A DNA stretch of 44,751 nt from a virus (taxonomy: Duplodnaviria; Caudoviricetes), in IMG/VR virus record IMGVR_UViG_3300012894_000123, positions 1 through 44,751 of that record; one strand, given 5' to 3'. Position 1 is the first letter of the stretch. The number at the start of each line of letters is the position of its first letter. A model generated the notes under the pieces. The model saw only the letters and a list, made by a program, of their open reading frames with translations. It made no database searches and was not told the origin of the DNA. A program made the translations under genes and the position numbers. Positions 26,688-35,256 of this stretch are shown here, piece by piece.

Positions 26688-27089
26688 TTACTGAATGGTC
26701 AGCGTGATGCTGGGGGCGTCCAGCAGGCGGTGCATGAGCCCCTCGAAGGCGGGCGGGCAGTTGTAGATGCGCTGGTTATTGGGCATCTTCGACATGCCCA
26801 CCAGGATGCAGCCCCGCGAATCCTCCGGGCCGTTGCCCTTGTGGAGGAGAATGCCGCGGGCGGCGAGCTTGCCGCCGAGGCGCGGGGTGAGGTAGCCAAA
26901 GCGCGGGCTCTTGACCAGCGTCACCGGGTAGGTGCCGGCCGGGATGGCCGTTTCGTCCTTCACGTACACGCCGGCGGGCCGCACTGGGTCTTCCATCGTG
27001 TAGCAGAAGAATTCGCCGTTCACGTACAGCGCCCCTAGGGTGCCCGTCGCAAACGAGGGCTGGCGCTTAACTACTAGTTTTATCGTCAT
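26688..27089 (-). CDS. DUF5675 family protein (possible cell-wall-active enzyme)
   Basis: TLGALY...CYTMED...TAIPAGTY...GILLHKGN..DSRGCILVG. Confidence 0.8.
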   Translation of the reverse strand: MTIKLVVKRQPSFATGTLGALYVNGEFFCYTMEDPVRPAGVYVKDETAIPAGTYPVTLVKSPRFGYLTPRLGGKLAARGILLHKGNGPEDSRGCILVGMSKMPNNQRIYNCPPAFEGLMHRLLDAPSITLTIQ

Positions 27090-27094
27090 GCCGC

Positions 27095-27129
27095 CAAAAA
27101 GCAGCTTTCGCCTACCAGGTAGTAGGCCG
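27095..27129 (-). promoter_or_regulatory. Late-promoter motif variant (CGGCCTA-N20-GCTTTTTG)
   Basis: One mismatch in the upstream box but identical 20-nt spacing; ATG lies 5 nt after the TTTG. Confidence 0.6.
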
Positions 27130-27334
27130 CTTGCCGGCTGGCTCTAAGCGCGGCAATTGCCACCCACCCTAGGGCCTCGGCCGGGGCGCGGCTGGTAACT
27201 CCCTAGGGCCTCCCCTACCCCACCGGGGCCGGCCCGGTAGGCGCTGGGGAGGAACTGGCAAATTCTGGGGACAAACTGGCAACTTTATTTTTTAACCCGA
27301 GGCCCCTTTTTCGCGTAATTTCCGGCCCCTTTTT

Positions 27335-29131
27335 TCAGACCCGAACGACCTCCAGCGTGGCAACTTTTCGCAGGGGCACGGTGGCCACGAGCTTGCGCGG
27401 CAGCACGCGCACCCCGTCGAGCAGCAGCGGGCGGCTCAGGTCGAGCCGGGCCAGGTCGAGGCTGGTCAGCAGCAGCGGCTGGGTATAGGCGGCGGCGCGC
27501 AGCTTGACTTGCAGCCAGGCGCTGAGCAGGCGCGGGTAGGTGCCGGCCTCGCCGTGCAGGCGGGTGCTGAACTGACCGCTGGCGCTCAGGTGTGACAGCT
27601 GCGGGTAGCGGCTGACCTTATCGCTGGCCAGCTGCAAGCCGTTGTAGAATAAGAGGCGCAGCGCGTCCGGCCGCTTTACCTCTTCCTGGCTGGCCAGGTA
27701 CGGGGGCTGCGAGAGCGCCGGCAGCACCATGGTCACGGCCGGGTCGGTAATTACCAGGCCAGTCGTGGCCACCTGCTGGGTGTAGGTCAGGTGCTGGGCC
27801 TGCTCGCTGCCGCCGCCTTCCACCTCAATCGGCGGCAGCGCCGGCACGAGCACCGCCCAGGTGAGGGGCACGTGCACGCCATCGGGTGAGGGGCCGAGCA
27901 TGCAGCTATAGTAAGTATCCTCGGCCTGCACGAGGCGCACCTGCCCCTCACGCGGGTTTTCCTTGCCCACGTCGGCCGAGGCGGGTAGGTCGGCAACGCT
28001 CATGACGGGCGGCAGCAGCACGTCCACGGCCGGCTGCTTGCTGACGTATTCCTTCGTCAGGGCATCGTCGCTGTCCACGTGGGCGATGAGCGTGAGGCCC
28101 TGGGGCTGCTCGAAGCTGACCGTGGGCAGGCCGGCGCGCAAGCGCGTGAGGTCGGCGGCCGGCTCAACGGGTGATACCCGCTCCACTAGGTAGGTGGTGC
28201 GCATGCGGCGCGTCAGGGGGTCTTGGTAGAGCACGATGCCTAGGTCTTGGCGCAGGGCGGCCAGTAGCTCCGCTACGGTGCACGCCGGCACTACGTCCGC
28301 CAGGCTAAAGCGCAGGGTCTGGGCGTCGCCGCGGTCGAGCAGCTGCGCGCTCGTCACCAGCACCAGGTCGCCTAGCTCGCCGGGCAGCAGTTCGGCGTCG
28401 TCCACGTCGAGGCCGCTCTCCTGGCAAATAGCGTGCAGCACGTAGCGCAGCCGCGGAAACGGGCACATGGGCGGCAGCGGCGCGTAGGGGGTAGGCACCG
28501 TGCCACCGCCCACTTGCAGGTCCACGTTGTAGCGAAAGCTCCCCCCGGCCGGCATGCCCAGCAAGGCCGTGGGGCTCACAAACCAGGGATTCACGCCGGC
28601 CGTGGGAAACATCAGCGGGTCGGCAGTAGTGGTGGCGTCCTCAATGCGCAGGGGCGCAAACACGTAGTCGTAGCCGCTGGCGTCAGCCGCGACTTGATTA
28701 GCATGGGCCGTGAGGCCCGGCATGAGCAGGCCGGCTAAGCCCGCCACCGGCACCCAGCGCGGCACCTCACGCAAGCCGCCAAGGGCAAACGAGCTCAGCT
28801 GCCGGCCGCTGAGGTTGGCACCGCTCAGCCCGTTTTGCAGGCTGACGGTATACTGCTTAGGGCTCGCGGCCGTCACGCGCTGGGCGCCCACGAGCAGCGG
28901 CAGCCCGTCGTCGGCTAGCTCGGCGGGCAACGACGCGCCTGCCTCCCCGGCGCGGTCGAGCCGCTCGGGGTAGCCGTAGAGCAGCCCGTTTTCGGGCGCC
29001 GGTACCGGGAAGGAGTAGCTGAACTCGCCCTTGATTACGTCCTCGTCGAACAGGGCCGAGTGGTACTCCAGCTGCACGCTGGCATTGCGCCCTAGCTGCA
29101 CTGGCCGGCCAGCGCTGGTTAACTCAAGCAT
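27335..29131 (-). CDS. Tail tip/hub-like structural protein
   Basis: Start re-assigned to ATG 29131 (MLELTSAG); N-terminal GEFSYSFPVP motif; tail-operon position. Confidence 0.6.
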   Translation of the reverse strand: MLELTSAGRPVQLGRNASVQLEYHSALFDEDVIKGEFSYSFPVPAPENGLLYGYPERLDRAGEAGASLPAELADDGLPLLVGAQRVTAASPKQYTVSLQNGLSGANLSGRQLSSFALGGLREVPRWVPVAGLAGLLMPGLTAHANQVAADASGYDYVFAPLRIEDATTTADPLMFPTAGVNPWFVSPTALLGMPAGGSFRYNVDLQVGGGTVPTPYAPLPPMCPFPRLRYVLHAICQESGLDVDDAELLPGELGDLVLVTSAQLLDRGDAQTLRFSLADVVPACTVAELLAALRQDLGIVLYQDPLTRRMRTTYLVERVSPVEPAADLTRLRAGLPTVSFEQPQGLTLIAHVDSDDALTKEYVSKQPAVDVLLPPVMSVADLPASADVGKENPREGQVRLVQAEDTYYSCMLGPSPDGVHVPLTWAVLVPALPPIEVEGGGSEQAQHLTYTQQVATTGLVITDPAVTMVLPALSQPPYLASQEEVKRPDALRLLFYNGLQLASDKVSRYPQLSHLSASGQFSTRLHGEAGTYPRLLSAWLQVKLRAAAYTQPLLLTSLDLARLDLSRPLLLDGVRVLPRKLVATVPLRKVATLEVVRV

Positions 29132-30875
29132 AAACGTCGGGGGCGTAGGCGGTGGGCGCGTAGGCGTAGTCGAAGTCGAGCAGCAGCCCGCGCAGGCCGG
29201 GCTCATCGCCGTAGGGCTGGAGCGTGCGCTTGGGCCAGTCGAGGGGCCGCAGCTGCTCGCCCACCTGCTGCCACAGCTCGCGGGCCAGTATCAGCTCCTG
29301 GGCCCACAGCAGCTCGGCCGGGCTGAGCCAGCCGGTGGCCAGCTTGAGCTTGCGGCCAGCCGAGAGGTCGCTGAGCTGGCTATCGGCTAAGGGAGCCTGG
29401 CTAATGGTCGGCACTCCTAGGCCCACCAGGTCCACGCTGGCCGCGCTGGCTTCCAGCGTCACGTCGAGGCGGCCCTGGCAGCGCAGCGTGTCGAGGCCCC
29501 CGAGCGAGTTGGTGAACTGCACGAAGCGGGTGCGGTCGGTGGCCACCACGTAGCGGTAGCTAGCCAGCTGGCTGACGACCCGACCACTGGCGGTTTCCAC
29601 CTGCACGGTCTGGGTGGCGTAGCCGGCGCGCGTCAGCAGCGGGATGGCCAGCACGCGGCAGGCCCAGCCGCCGGCGGGCGTGGCCACGGCCTCGGCCTCG
29701 CTCACGCCAACGCCAACCGCTGGCAGGTAGCGGCGGCGCACCTGCAGCTGCTCGCCGGCCAGGCCTGGCTCGCACACGAAGAACAGCCAGTCGGGCTGCC
29801 CTACCACAACGGCCTTAGCCTGCCCACCGGCCAGGCCACCGGGGCCGGCTGGCTGCCAGCTCAGGAAGGGCGGGGCGCCGAAGGTGCCAGCCAGGCGCTC
29901 GGCAAAGTAGTCGAGCGCCTGCCACTCAGCCGGCAGCCCGCCGCGCAGGGCCGTGCGCAGCATGCTCACCCCTAGGGTGGGCACCGCGCCGGCCGCGGGG
30001 GCCAGCACGCTGGTGCGCACGTAGTAGTTGGTGAGTTGGCTCTGGCACACCTGCGTTAGCTGGCCGCTCGGTGCCCCTGCGGGTGGCACGAAGGCGCTGA
30101 GCAGTGGGCGCAGCAGCGTATCGAGGCGGAAGCTCACGGCTCCCAGGGCACTGGCTTGCTTACGCAGGCCGAGCACCAGGGCGAAGTCGCCCCGGCCCTG
30201 GGCGCTCTCGGCCCACAGCTCCACGTCCACTAGCGCGCCGGCCGGCAGGCCAGTGAGCGGAAAGTACAGGGGCTGGTTCACGAAGTCGAGGCCGGCCGGG
30301 GGGCCGCTGGGGGCGGGCGGCAACGGGGGGGCCACCACAGCCGGGGCGACGTAGGTAGTAATCTCCCGGGTGCAGCCGGCCAGGCCATCATCGCGCAGGC
30401 GCAACGTGTGCTGGCCACTGGCCACGTCATTAAACAGCGGGCTGGTTTGCTCAGCACCACCGTCCAGGCTGTAGTACGCCACGCCGTTGCTCGTGCCGGT
30501 GTAGCTCACCGTCAGGCGCACTTTGCCGGCCACGGTGGATTGCGCCACGTTGGCGGTGCCCAGGTCACAGGTCAGCGGCGGCGTCCAGCCGCACATGCCG
30601 CTATTGGCCTCATACGCCTCATTGACTACGTTACCGCCGCCGTACACCCAGCTGCGGCACCCCAGGTCGGCGTCGCACTCGAAGTAGAGCAGCGTGCCGG
30701 CATACGAGTTAACGTCGGCCGGCTTGGGGTCGAGGTAAGCGGCTGGCCGTGACTCGGTGCGGTCGTAGATGGTTTTCGAGTCGGTGTCGAAGAACAGACC
30801 CCTGCCGATGATGTTGGCCCCGCCCCCACCGTCGCCAATCTTTTCGTAGGTAACGCGAACTGGAACGAAGCTCAT
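29124..30875 (-). CDS. Tail structural protein with an SprB-like Ig repeat
   Basis: YYSLDGGAEQTSPLFNDVASGQHTLRLRDD..GC repeat; C-terminal FTNSLGGLDT..C.G motif. Confidence 0.6.
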   Translation of the reverse strand: MSFVPVRVTYEKIGDGGGGANIIGRGLFFDTDSKTIYDRTESRPAAYLDPKPADVNSYAGTLLYFECDADLGCRSWVYGGGNVVNEAYEANSGMCGWTPPLTCDLGTANVAQSTVAGKVRLTVSYTGTSNGVAYYSLDGGAEQTSPLFNDVASGQHTLRLRDDGLAGCTREITTYVAPAVVAPPLPPAPSGPPAGLDFVNQPLYFPLTGLPAGALVDVELWAESAQGRGDFALVLGLRKQASALGAVSFRLDTLLRPLLSAFVPPAGAPSGQLTQVCQSQLTNYYVRTSVLAPAAGAVPTLGVSMLRTALRGGLPAEWQALDYFAERLAGTFGAPPFLSWQPAGPGGLAGGQAKAVVVGQPDWLFFVCEPGLAGEQLQVRRRYLPAVGVGVSEAEAVATPAGGWACRVLAIPLLTRAGYATQTVQVETASGRVVSQLASYRYVVATDRTRFVQFTNSLGGLDTLRCQGRLDVTLEASAASVDLVGLGVPTISQAPLADSQLSDLSAGRKLKLATGWLSPAELLWAQELILARELWQQVGEQLRPLDWPKRTLQPYGDEPGLRGLLLDFDYAYAPTAYAPDVYA

Positions 30876-31342
30876 AGCCAGCGGGTAGCATCAAAGGTGA
30901 GCGGAAGGAAGTCGCCTAGCCCGAACTCGTAGCGCCAGCCGATTTCGCCGGCGACGCTCAGCGTGGCCACTGGCTCCAGCGGCCGGTCGGTCAGGTCGAA
31001 GGTGTGCTTGCGCAGCTTCTTATCGCGCCGCAGGTAGCTGAGCACGTCCAGGGCCAGCGCCTCGGCTTGTATCCAGGCGGCGTCCTGGGCGTCGTAGTCG
31101 TTGGTGGGGGCACTCAGGAGCACGACGAACGCGCCCTGGCGGGTGCCGAAGGGAGCGGTACCGTCCTTGTCGGTGAGCACCATGGTCGGCGTTTCGAGCC
31201 AGAGCAGCGGGTAGGTGAAGTCCGAGCGCGAGCCGGAAATAATGCGCCCGGCCGCGCCGTGCACGAAGCTGCCCTTCAGCTCCACGTGCTCACTCGCCAG
31301 CTGCTTGAAGTAGTCGATATAGGTCTTGAGCGTATTGGCCAT
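30872..31342 (-). CDS. Putative tail terminator/completion protein
   Basis: YPLLWLE...GWRYEF pattern; ATG 31342 follows the late promoter. Confidence 0.5.
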   Translation of the reverse strand: MANTLKTYIDYFKQLASEHVELKGSFVHGAAGRIISGSRSDFTYPLLWLETPTMVLTDKDGTAPFGTRQGAFVVLLSAPTNDYDAQDAAWIQAEALALDVLSYLRRDKKLRKHTFDLTDRPLEPVATLSVAGEIGWRYEFGLGDFLPLTFDATRWL

Positions 31343-31345
31343 ACC

Positions 31346-31381
31346 CAAAGGTGCAGCCCGGCCCTAGGGCCGATTAGGACG
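31346..31381 (-). promoter_or_regulatory. Late-promoter motif copy (CGTCCTA-N20-GCACCTTTG)
   Basis: TAGGACG at 31375-31381; ATG lies 3 nt after the TTTG. Confidence 0.7.
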
Positions 31382-31892
31382 CCAACGCGAAGTCGGAAAA
31401 CAGCTCCTCGCGGCCGGCCGGCTCGTAGAGCATGCGGTAGTGGCCGTTGTCTTTCAGCACCTTATCCTTGTAGTCGCGGTAGCACTTGCGCAGCACCTCC
31501 AGGTCGGCTTCTGAGGGGTCAATCTCATAGAGCTTGCAAAACGAGCGCAGCGCGGCCCGCTCGTTGCCGGTGGCCGCTACCTGCGCCTTCACCCACATAA
31601 TCATCTGCTGCTGAAACAGCTTCTCGAACATGGCCCCGATTTGGCGGGCCGACTCGGCCGAGAGCGTGTAGTGCTTCAGGGCCGTGGGCAGCGTCAGCTC
31701 GAACACCGCTCCTTCGGGACGCTCCGGGCGGCGCAGCTGGCGGAAGGGAAACTTCTCGATTTTCATTTGCACCACCCGCCCCATGAACGTGTTTTGGTGG
31801 ACGGCGTAGGGCTGCTGGCCCCCAAATTCAAGCAGCAGAAACTGCCGCACGTAGGAACGGACGGGAATAGCGAAAACGGGTAGTTTGCTCAC
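31374..31892 (-). CDS. Hypothetical DNA-binding protein, candidate late transcription activator
   Basis: Last early gene; strand-helix N-terminus (VFAIPVRSYVRQFL) and helical C-terminus (AALRSFCKLYEID...LRKCYRDY); function is inference. Confidence 0.5.
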   Translation of the reverse strand: MSKLPVFAIPVRSYVRQFLLLEFGGQQPYAVHQNTFMGRVVQMKIEKFPFRQLRRPERPEGAVFELTLPTALKHYTLSAESARQIGAMFEKLFQQQMIMWVKAQVAATGNERAALRSFCKLYEIDPSEADLEVLRKCYRDYKDKVLKDNGHYRMLYEPAGREELFSDFALAS

Positions 31893-31952
31893 AAAAGATG
31901 CGCGTAAGGATATCCTCGATAAAGGTCCAGCTTTTTACAGCCTGTTTTTGGA

Positions 31953-32609
31953 CTAAACCGGGGCTGACGGCACTTGCATTAAAGCCTTTATTTTTAGTAC
32001 CGTATTGTTTGCGCAGCCCGCAAGCCTAGCAATTTCGCGCACGGAGTGCCCTTCAAGCAAATATTTAACGACTTTGGGGTACTTTTTCTTTAGTTTCTCT
32101 TCATCCAGTTTCGTGCCAGTCGGCCGGCCCTTCTGCTTACCCTCGGCATAGGCTTTTTCCTGACCCGACTTGATGCGGTGGCCCAGCCGCTCGGTTTCCA
32201 TCTCGTCCACTTCCATGAGCACCGTCATGATGAGCCGGGCGATGGGGTTCGGCTTGCCGGTGTCGAGCAGGTAATCCAGCTGGATGTTGAGGGCAAATAC
32301 CGATACGCCGAGGTCGGCCAGCTCCTCCACGACCTGGCGCGTTTCGCGGGCGCGGCGACCTAGGCGGCTTAGCTCCGTTACCAGCACCTTCTTGACTTGG
32401 CCGCTGCGGGCCAGGGCTAGCAGCTCATCGAGGTCGGGGCGCTTGGCCCGGGAGCGGCGCGAGCCACTAAGCTTCTCCGCGATGGTGGCCACCACCTGGT
32501 AGCCGGCGCGGTCGGCGTGGCGCTGGAGGTCGCGCAGCTGCCGGCCGAAGTCCTGGGCCTCGCTGCTCACGCGGGCAAAGAGGGCAACGGGAACGGGTTG
32601 GTGTGTCAT
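31953..32609 (-). CDS. Small serine recombinase (resolvase/invertase)
   Basis: FARVSS catalytic motif, ELSRLGR, GRP linker and C-terminal HTH (SVREIARLAGCANNTV). Confidence 0.92.
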   Translation of the reverse strand: MTHQPVPVALFARVSSEAQDFGRQLRDLQRHADRAGYQVVATIAEKLSGSRRSRAKRPDLDELLALARSGQVKKVLVTELSRLGRRARETRQVVEELADLGVSVFALNIQLDYLLDTGKPNPIARLIMTVLMEVDEMETERLGHRIKSGQEKAYAEGKQKGRPTGTKLDEEKLKKKYPKVVKYLLEGHSVREIARLAGCANNTVLKIKALMQVPSAPV

Positions 32610-32710
32610 ATTAACCAGGTGGTTTTCGTGCGACGATTTGGCGACGAGAAAAACGGCACCAGCGGCACCGTTTTCGGGGTCGTTTTTCGGAATACTTTTT
32701 TTGAGACAGT

Positions 32711-33109
32711 TCAGCGTTTAAAGGAGGCGTACAGACCACGGAGAGTAGCCAGCGTATCGTCAAGGCTAAGGCAGGTAAAAATCAAAGCTTGGGGCTGAGC
32801 ACCGTGAGCCCTGCAAAACAGGTTTGTCAACTGAACTATCTCGGCTTCGCTGTCGCCTTCAGAGCGGGCGGCATCAAACAGTCCTTGCAACTCCCAGCCG
32901 TCCTTAGGCCGCATCTCGGCTGGCATGGGCAGCTGGTTGGTAAATACCGTAAACTGTGGACCGGCCAGGTAGTAAGTGTTTCCCACCCGCGCGCACTGCG
33001 TCATCATAAAGGAGGGATTTTTCGGGTCGTACATCGTGACGTACTTGCCAGGCTGCAACTCGGTCAGCAGCTGGCGGGCGGTTTTCGTGTTGGGGTTGGG
33101 GGGTAGCAT
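32711..33109 (-). CDS. Hypothetical protein
   Basis: 132 aa ORF in the early operon. Confidence 0.6.
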   Translation of the reverse strand: MLPPNPNTKTARQLLTELQPGKYVTMYDPKNPSFMMTQCARVGNTYYLAGPQFTVFTNQLPMPAEMRPKDGWELQGLFDAARSEGDSEAEIVQLTNLFCRAHGAQPQALIFTCLSLDDTLATLRGLYASFKR

Positions 33110-33112
33110 TGG

Positions 33113-33472
33113 CTAGCGGGTAAAATCAATGTACTGTTCGAGGTTGAGGCTGGCCCGTTGGATTTCGCCCCAAGCCAGGCCGGCCGGTGGGGCAACGTCC
33201 AGGATGCGCCGCAGCGCCGCTACCTCGTCGTAGCGCAGGGTGAGCTTCCAGGGCTTCTTGGGCCTAGGGCCGATGTGGTGCTGTTCGCGGTACTGACGAC
33301 CGTGCAGCCGGCCGCGCACTTTATAGAGGGGGCCGAAGCTCAAGACCATCGTGCCTGAGGGGCGAGCCTCAGGCTCCAGCTGCTGGCACATCACAAACTC
33401 GATGGCGTTGGCTAGCTGGCCAGCCTCGCCCCAGTGCAGGTGGATGAGCTGGTCGAGGTGCGGCAGCCTCAT
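33113..33472 (-). CDS. Hypothetical protein
   Basis: 119 aa; ATGA overlap with the upstream gene. Confidence 0.6.
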   Translation of the reverse strand: MRLPHLDQLIHLHWGEAGQLANAIEFVMCQQLEPEARPSGTMVLSFGPLYKVRGRLHGRQYREQHHIGPRPKKPWKLTLRYDEVAALRRILDVAPPAGLAWGEIQRASLNLEQYIDFTR

Positions 33473-33735
33473 TCAAACTTTACCCCGCAGTAGGGGCAGT
33501 AAGAGTGAAAAAAGGGCACTTTCCGCTTCTTGGCGTTACCCAGCGAACCATCTTTCTTCTTAGGCTGCACCGATACTTCGACTTCATCAAAGCTGGCAGC
33601 TACTAGCTTATTGCCCTGCTTGATGATGCCCATGTTAACTACGTGACCTTCGTTGCCAACTTCGACCTTATGAGCACAGCTCTCTTTGAGGAAGATGACA
33701 GCAGCAGCTTCGATTTCTTTGCGGCAGTTACACAT
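33469..33735 (-). CDS. Small zinc-binding hypothetical protein
   Basis: N-terminal CNC and C-terminal CPYCG. Confidence 0.7.
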   Translation of the reverse strand: MCNCRKEIEAAAVIFLKESCAHKVEVGNEGHVVNMGIIKQGNKLVAASFDEVEVSVQPKKKDGSLGNAKKRKVPFFHSYCPYCGVKFE

Positions 33736-35017
33736 AATCAGGTTCTTCAGAAATGATTGGAGGATTGGTAAGCACTACTTTGGGCGAGTGGAAGCCAGCC
33801 CATTCGAGAATCTTGTACTCGCGGCCACTGGTGCGCTCGCAGAGGCGGTAGTAGGCCAGCTGGTCGCCTAGGCGGTTGCGCAGCACCTTCAGAAATTCGA
33901 GGCCGGTGGCGTCGTTGGTCCACGAGTAGAAGGTGCACTGGCGCTGTTTGCCATCGGCCCGGCGCGAGTAGCGGGCGCGTTCGTTGAACACCACCCACAG
34001 CCAGTACTGGGCGTTCTTGCTTTGCTGGCTGGGCTCGGCACCCGCTGCCGGCAGCGGCTTCGTGGGCGGGGTCTTGGTGAGCCAGTCGTTCACGTCCTTG
34101 AAGCCGCGGTACAGCTCGTTATGGGCCTGCACCTTGGCCCGGGTGAGCACCTGGCGCATGAGGTGCAGGGCGCGTAGGCCAGCCTGGTCATTATCGAGGT
34201 AGCTATGGACTACCTGAGCTTCCTGCAGCGTGGGTAGGGCCTCGGCCAGCAGGTTTACCGAGTTGAGCACCAGCACCGTTTCATCGAAATAGGTCAGGTT
34301 GTAATGCGTCAGGGCCGAGAGGTAATCGAGAAAGCCTTCGAATACACGCACCTCGTCGCGCTTCTGGCCCGGCAGCCAGGTGAGGCCCTTGCCGCCGATA
34401 ACGCCCTGGAAGCGCTCGCTGCGCACCTCCCAGCCGGCAGACGTTTTCCAGCCGAGGCCGAAGTAGGGCTGCATCCGGGTGCTGCCGGCAGTGCGGTAGA
34501 AAATCTGCTGCAAGTGGGCCTGGGTGCGGTTGCTGCGCTGCACCAGGCTCCAGTTGATGCCACGCTTAGCCAGGTACTCCAGCAGCGGCTTCCAGGTCAG
34601 CGGCTCGGTGCGTACATCGGTGAAGCTGGTCTTGCCGCTGCGGTAGGTATCGCCCCGAGCGGCTGAGGGCAGGGCCAGCTCGGTCGGTGTGGCCAGGTCA
34701 GCGGCCCAGCTGCGGAGCGTGAGCCGGGCCAGGGGCAGGTCGAAGCCAGTGAGGCGCATCACCAGGTCGAGCACGTCACCACCGGCGACCTTTTTGCCGG
34801 GGGCCGGGGCTTCGCCAAAGTCAGCCCAGACGTTTTTCGGCTCGCTTACCACGAAGGAAGCGGTTTTCTCTTCGCGCAGGGGCGAGAGGTAGTAGAAGTT
34901 GCCGCCAGCGGCTGAGCCGACGGGCGCGTGACCCAGCTTAGCCAGCAGCGCCAGCAGCGGCACCGCCTTGTCGGCCTTGTGGGCAGCCTGGGGGGAGAGG
35001 GAAGTACGGGGGGCCAT
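33728..35017 (-). CDS. DNA primase-like protein (degenerate zinc-binding domain plus Toprim)
   Basis: YLSPLREEKTASF..WADFG..GGDVLD, VFEGFLDYLS, LDNDQAG and FKDVNDWL motifs; start at ATG 35017. Confidence 0.88.
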   Translation of the reverse strand: MAPRTSLSPQAAHKADKAVPLLALLAKLGHAPVGSAAGGNFYYLSPLREEKTASFVVSEPKNVWADFGEAPAPGKKVAGGDVLDLVMRLTGFDLPLARLTLRSWAADLATPTELALPSAARGDTYRSGKTSFTDVRTEPLTWKPLLEYLAKRGINWSLVQRSNRTQAHLQQIFYRTAGSTRMQPYFGLGWKTSAGWEVRSERFQGVIGGKGLTWLPGQKRDEVRVFEGFLDYLSALTHYNLTYFDETVLVLNSVNLLAEALPTLQEAQVVHSYLDNDQAGLRALHLMRQVLTRAKVQAHNELYRGFKDVNDWLTKTPPTKPLPAAGAEPSQQSKNAQYWLWVVFNERARYSRRADGKQRQCTFYSWTNDATGLEFLKVLRNRLGDQLAYYRLCERTSGREYKILEWAGFHSPKVVLTNPPIISEEPDYV

Positions 35018-35256
35018 CAGGCGGTTTTTTTGAAATTTTGGGAAAAAGCGACCCCTACCCACGGCCCTAGGGGCGGTGGGGGGATGCCGGCGGCGGCCGG
35101 CGCGGCCCGAACCTTCCTTTTTTTTTTCAGCTAGCCCAGGTTATCAACACCAGTAGCTGTGGGAAAACAAGCGTCGAAACAACCGTTCCTATGCTTCATA
35201 ACCTTTATGATAGAACCTATCCTATAAAGGCCGGCAAAATGCCCGACATGAGTTTT
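35018..35256. other. Candidate replication origin region
   Basis: Non-coding gap between the rep-like and primase genes with T-tracts, a GC-rich stretch and DnaA-box-like TTATCAACA (35141-35149). Confidence 0.35.

Noticed and set aside
31892-31928. Eighth late-promoter copy (GGACCTT-N20-GCATCTTTTG) upstream of the candidate activator
   Set aside because: Three mismatches in the upstream box, and the TTTG overlaps the GTG start codon, leaving no room for a transcript start
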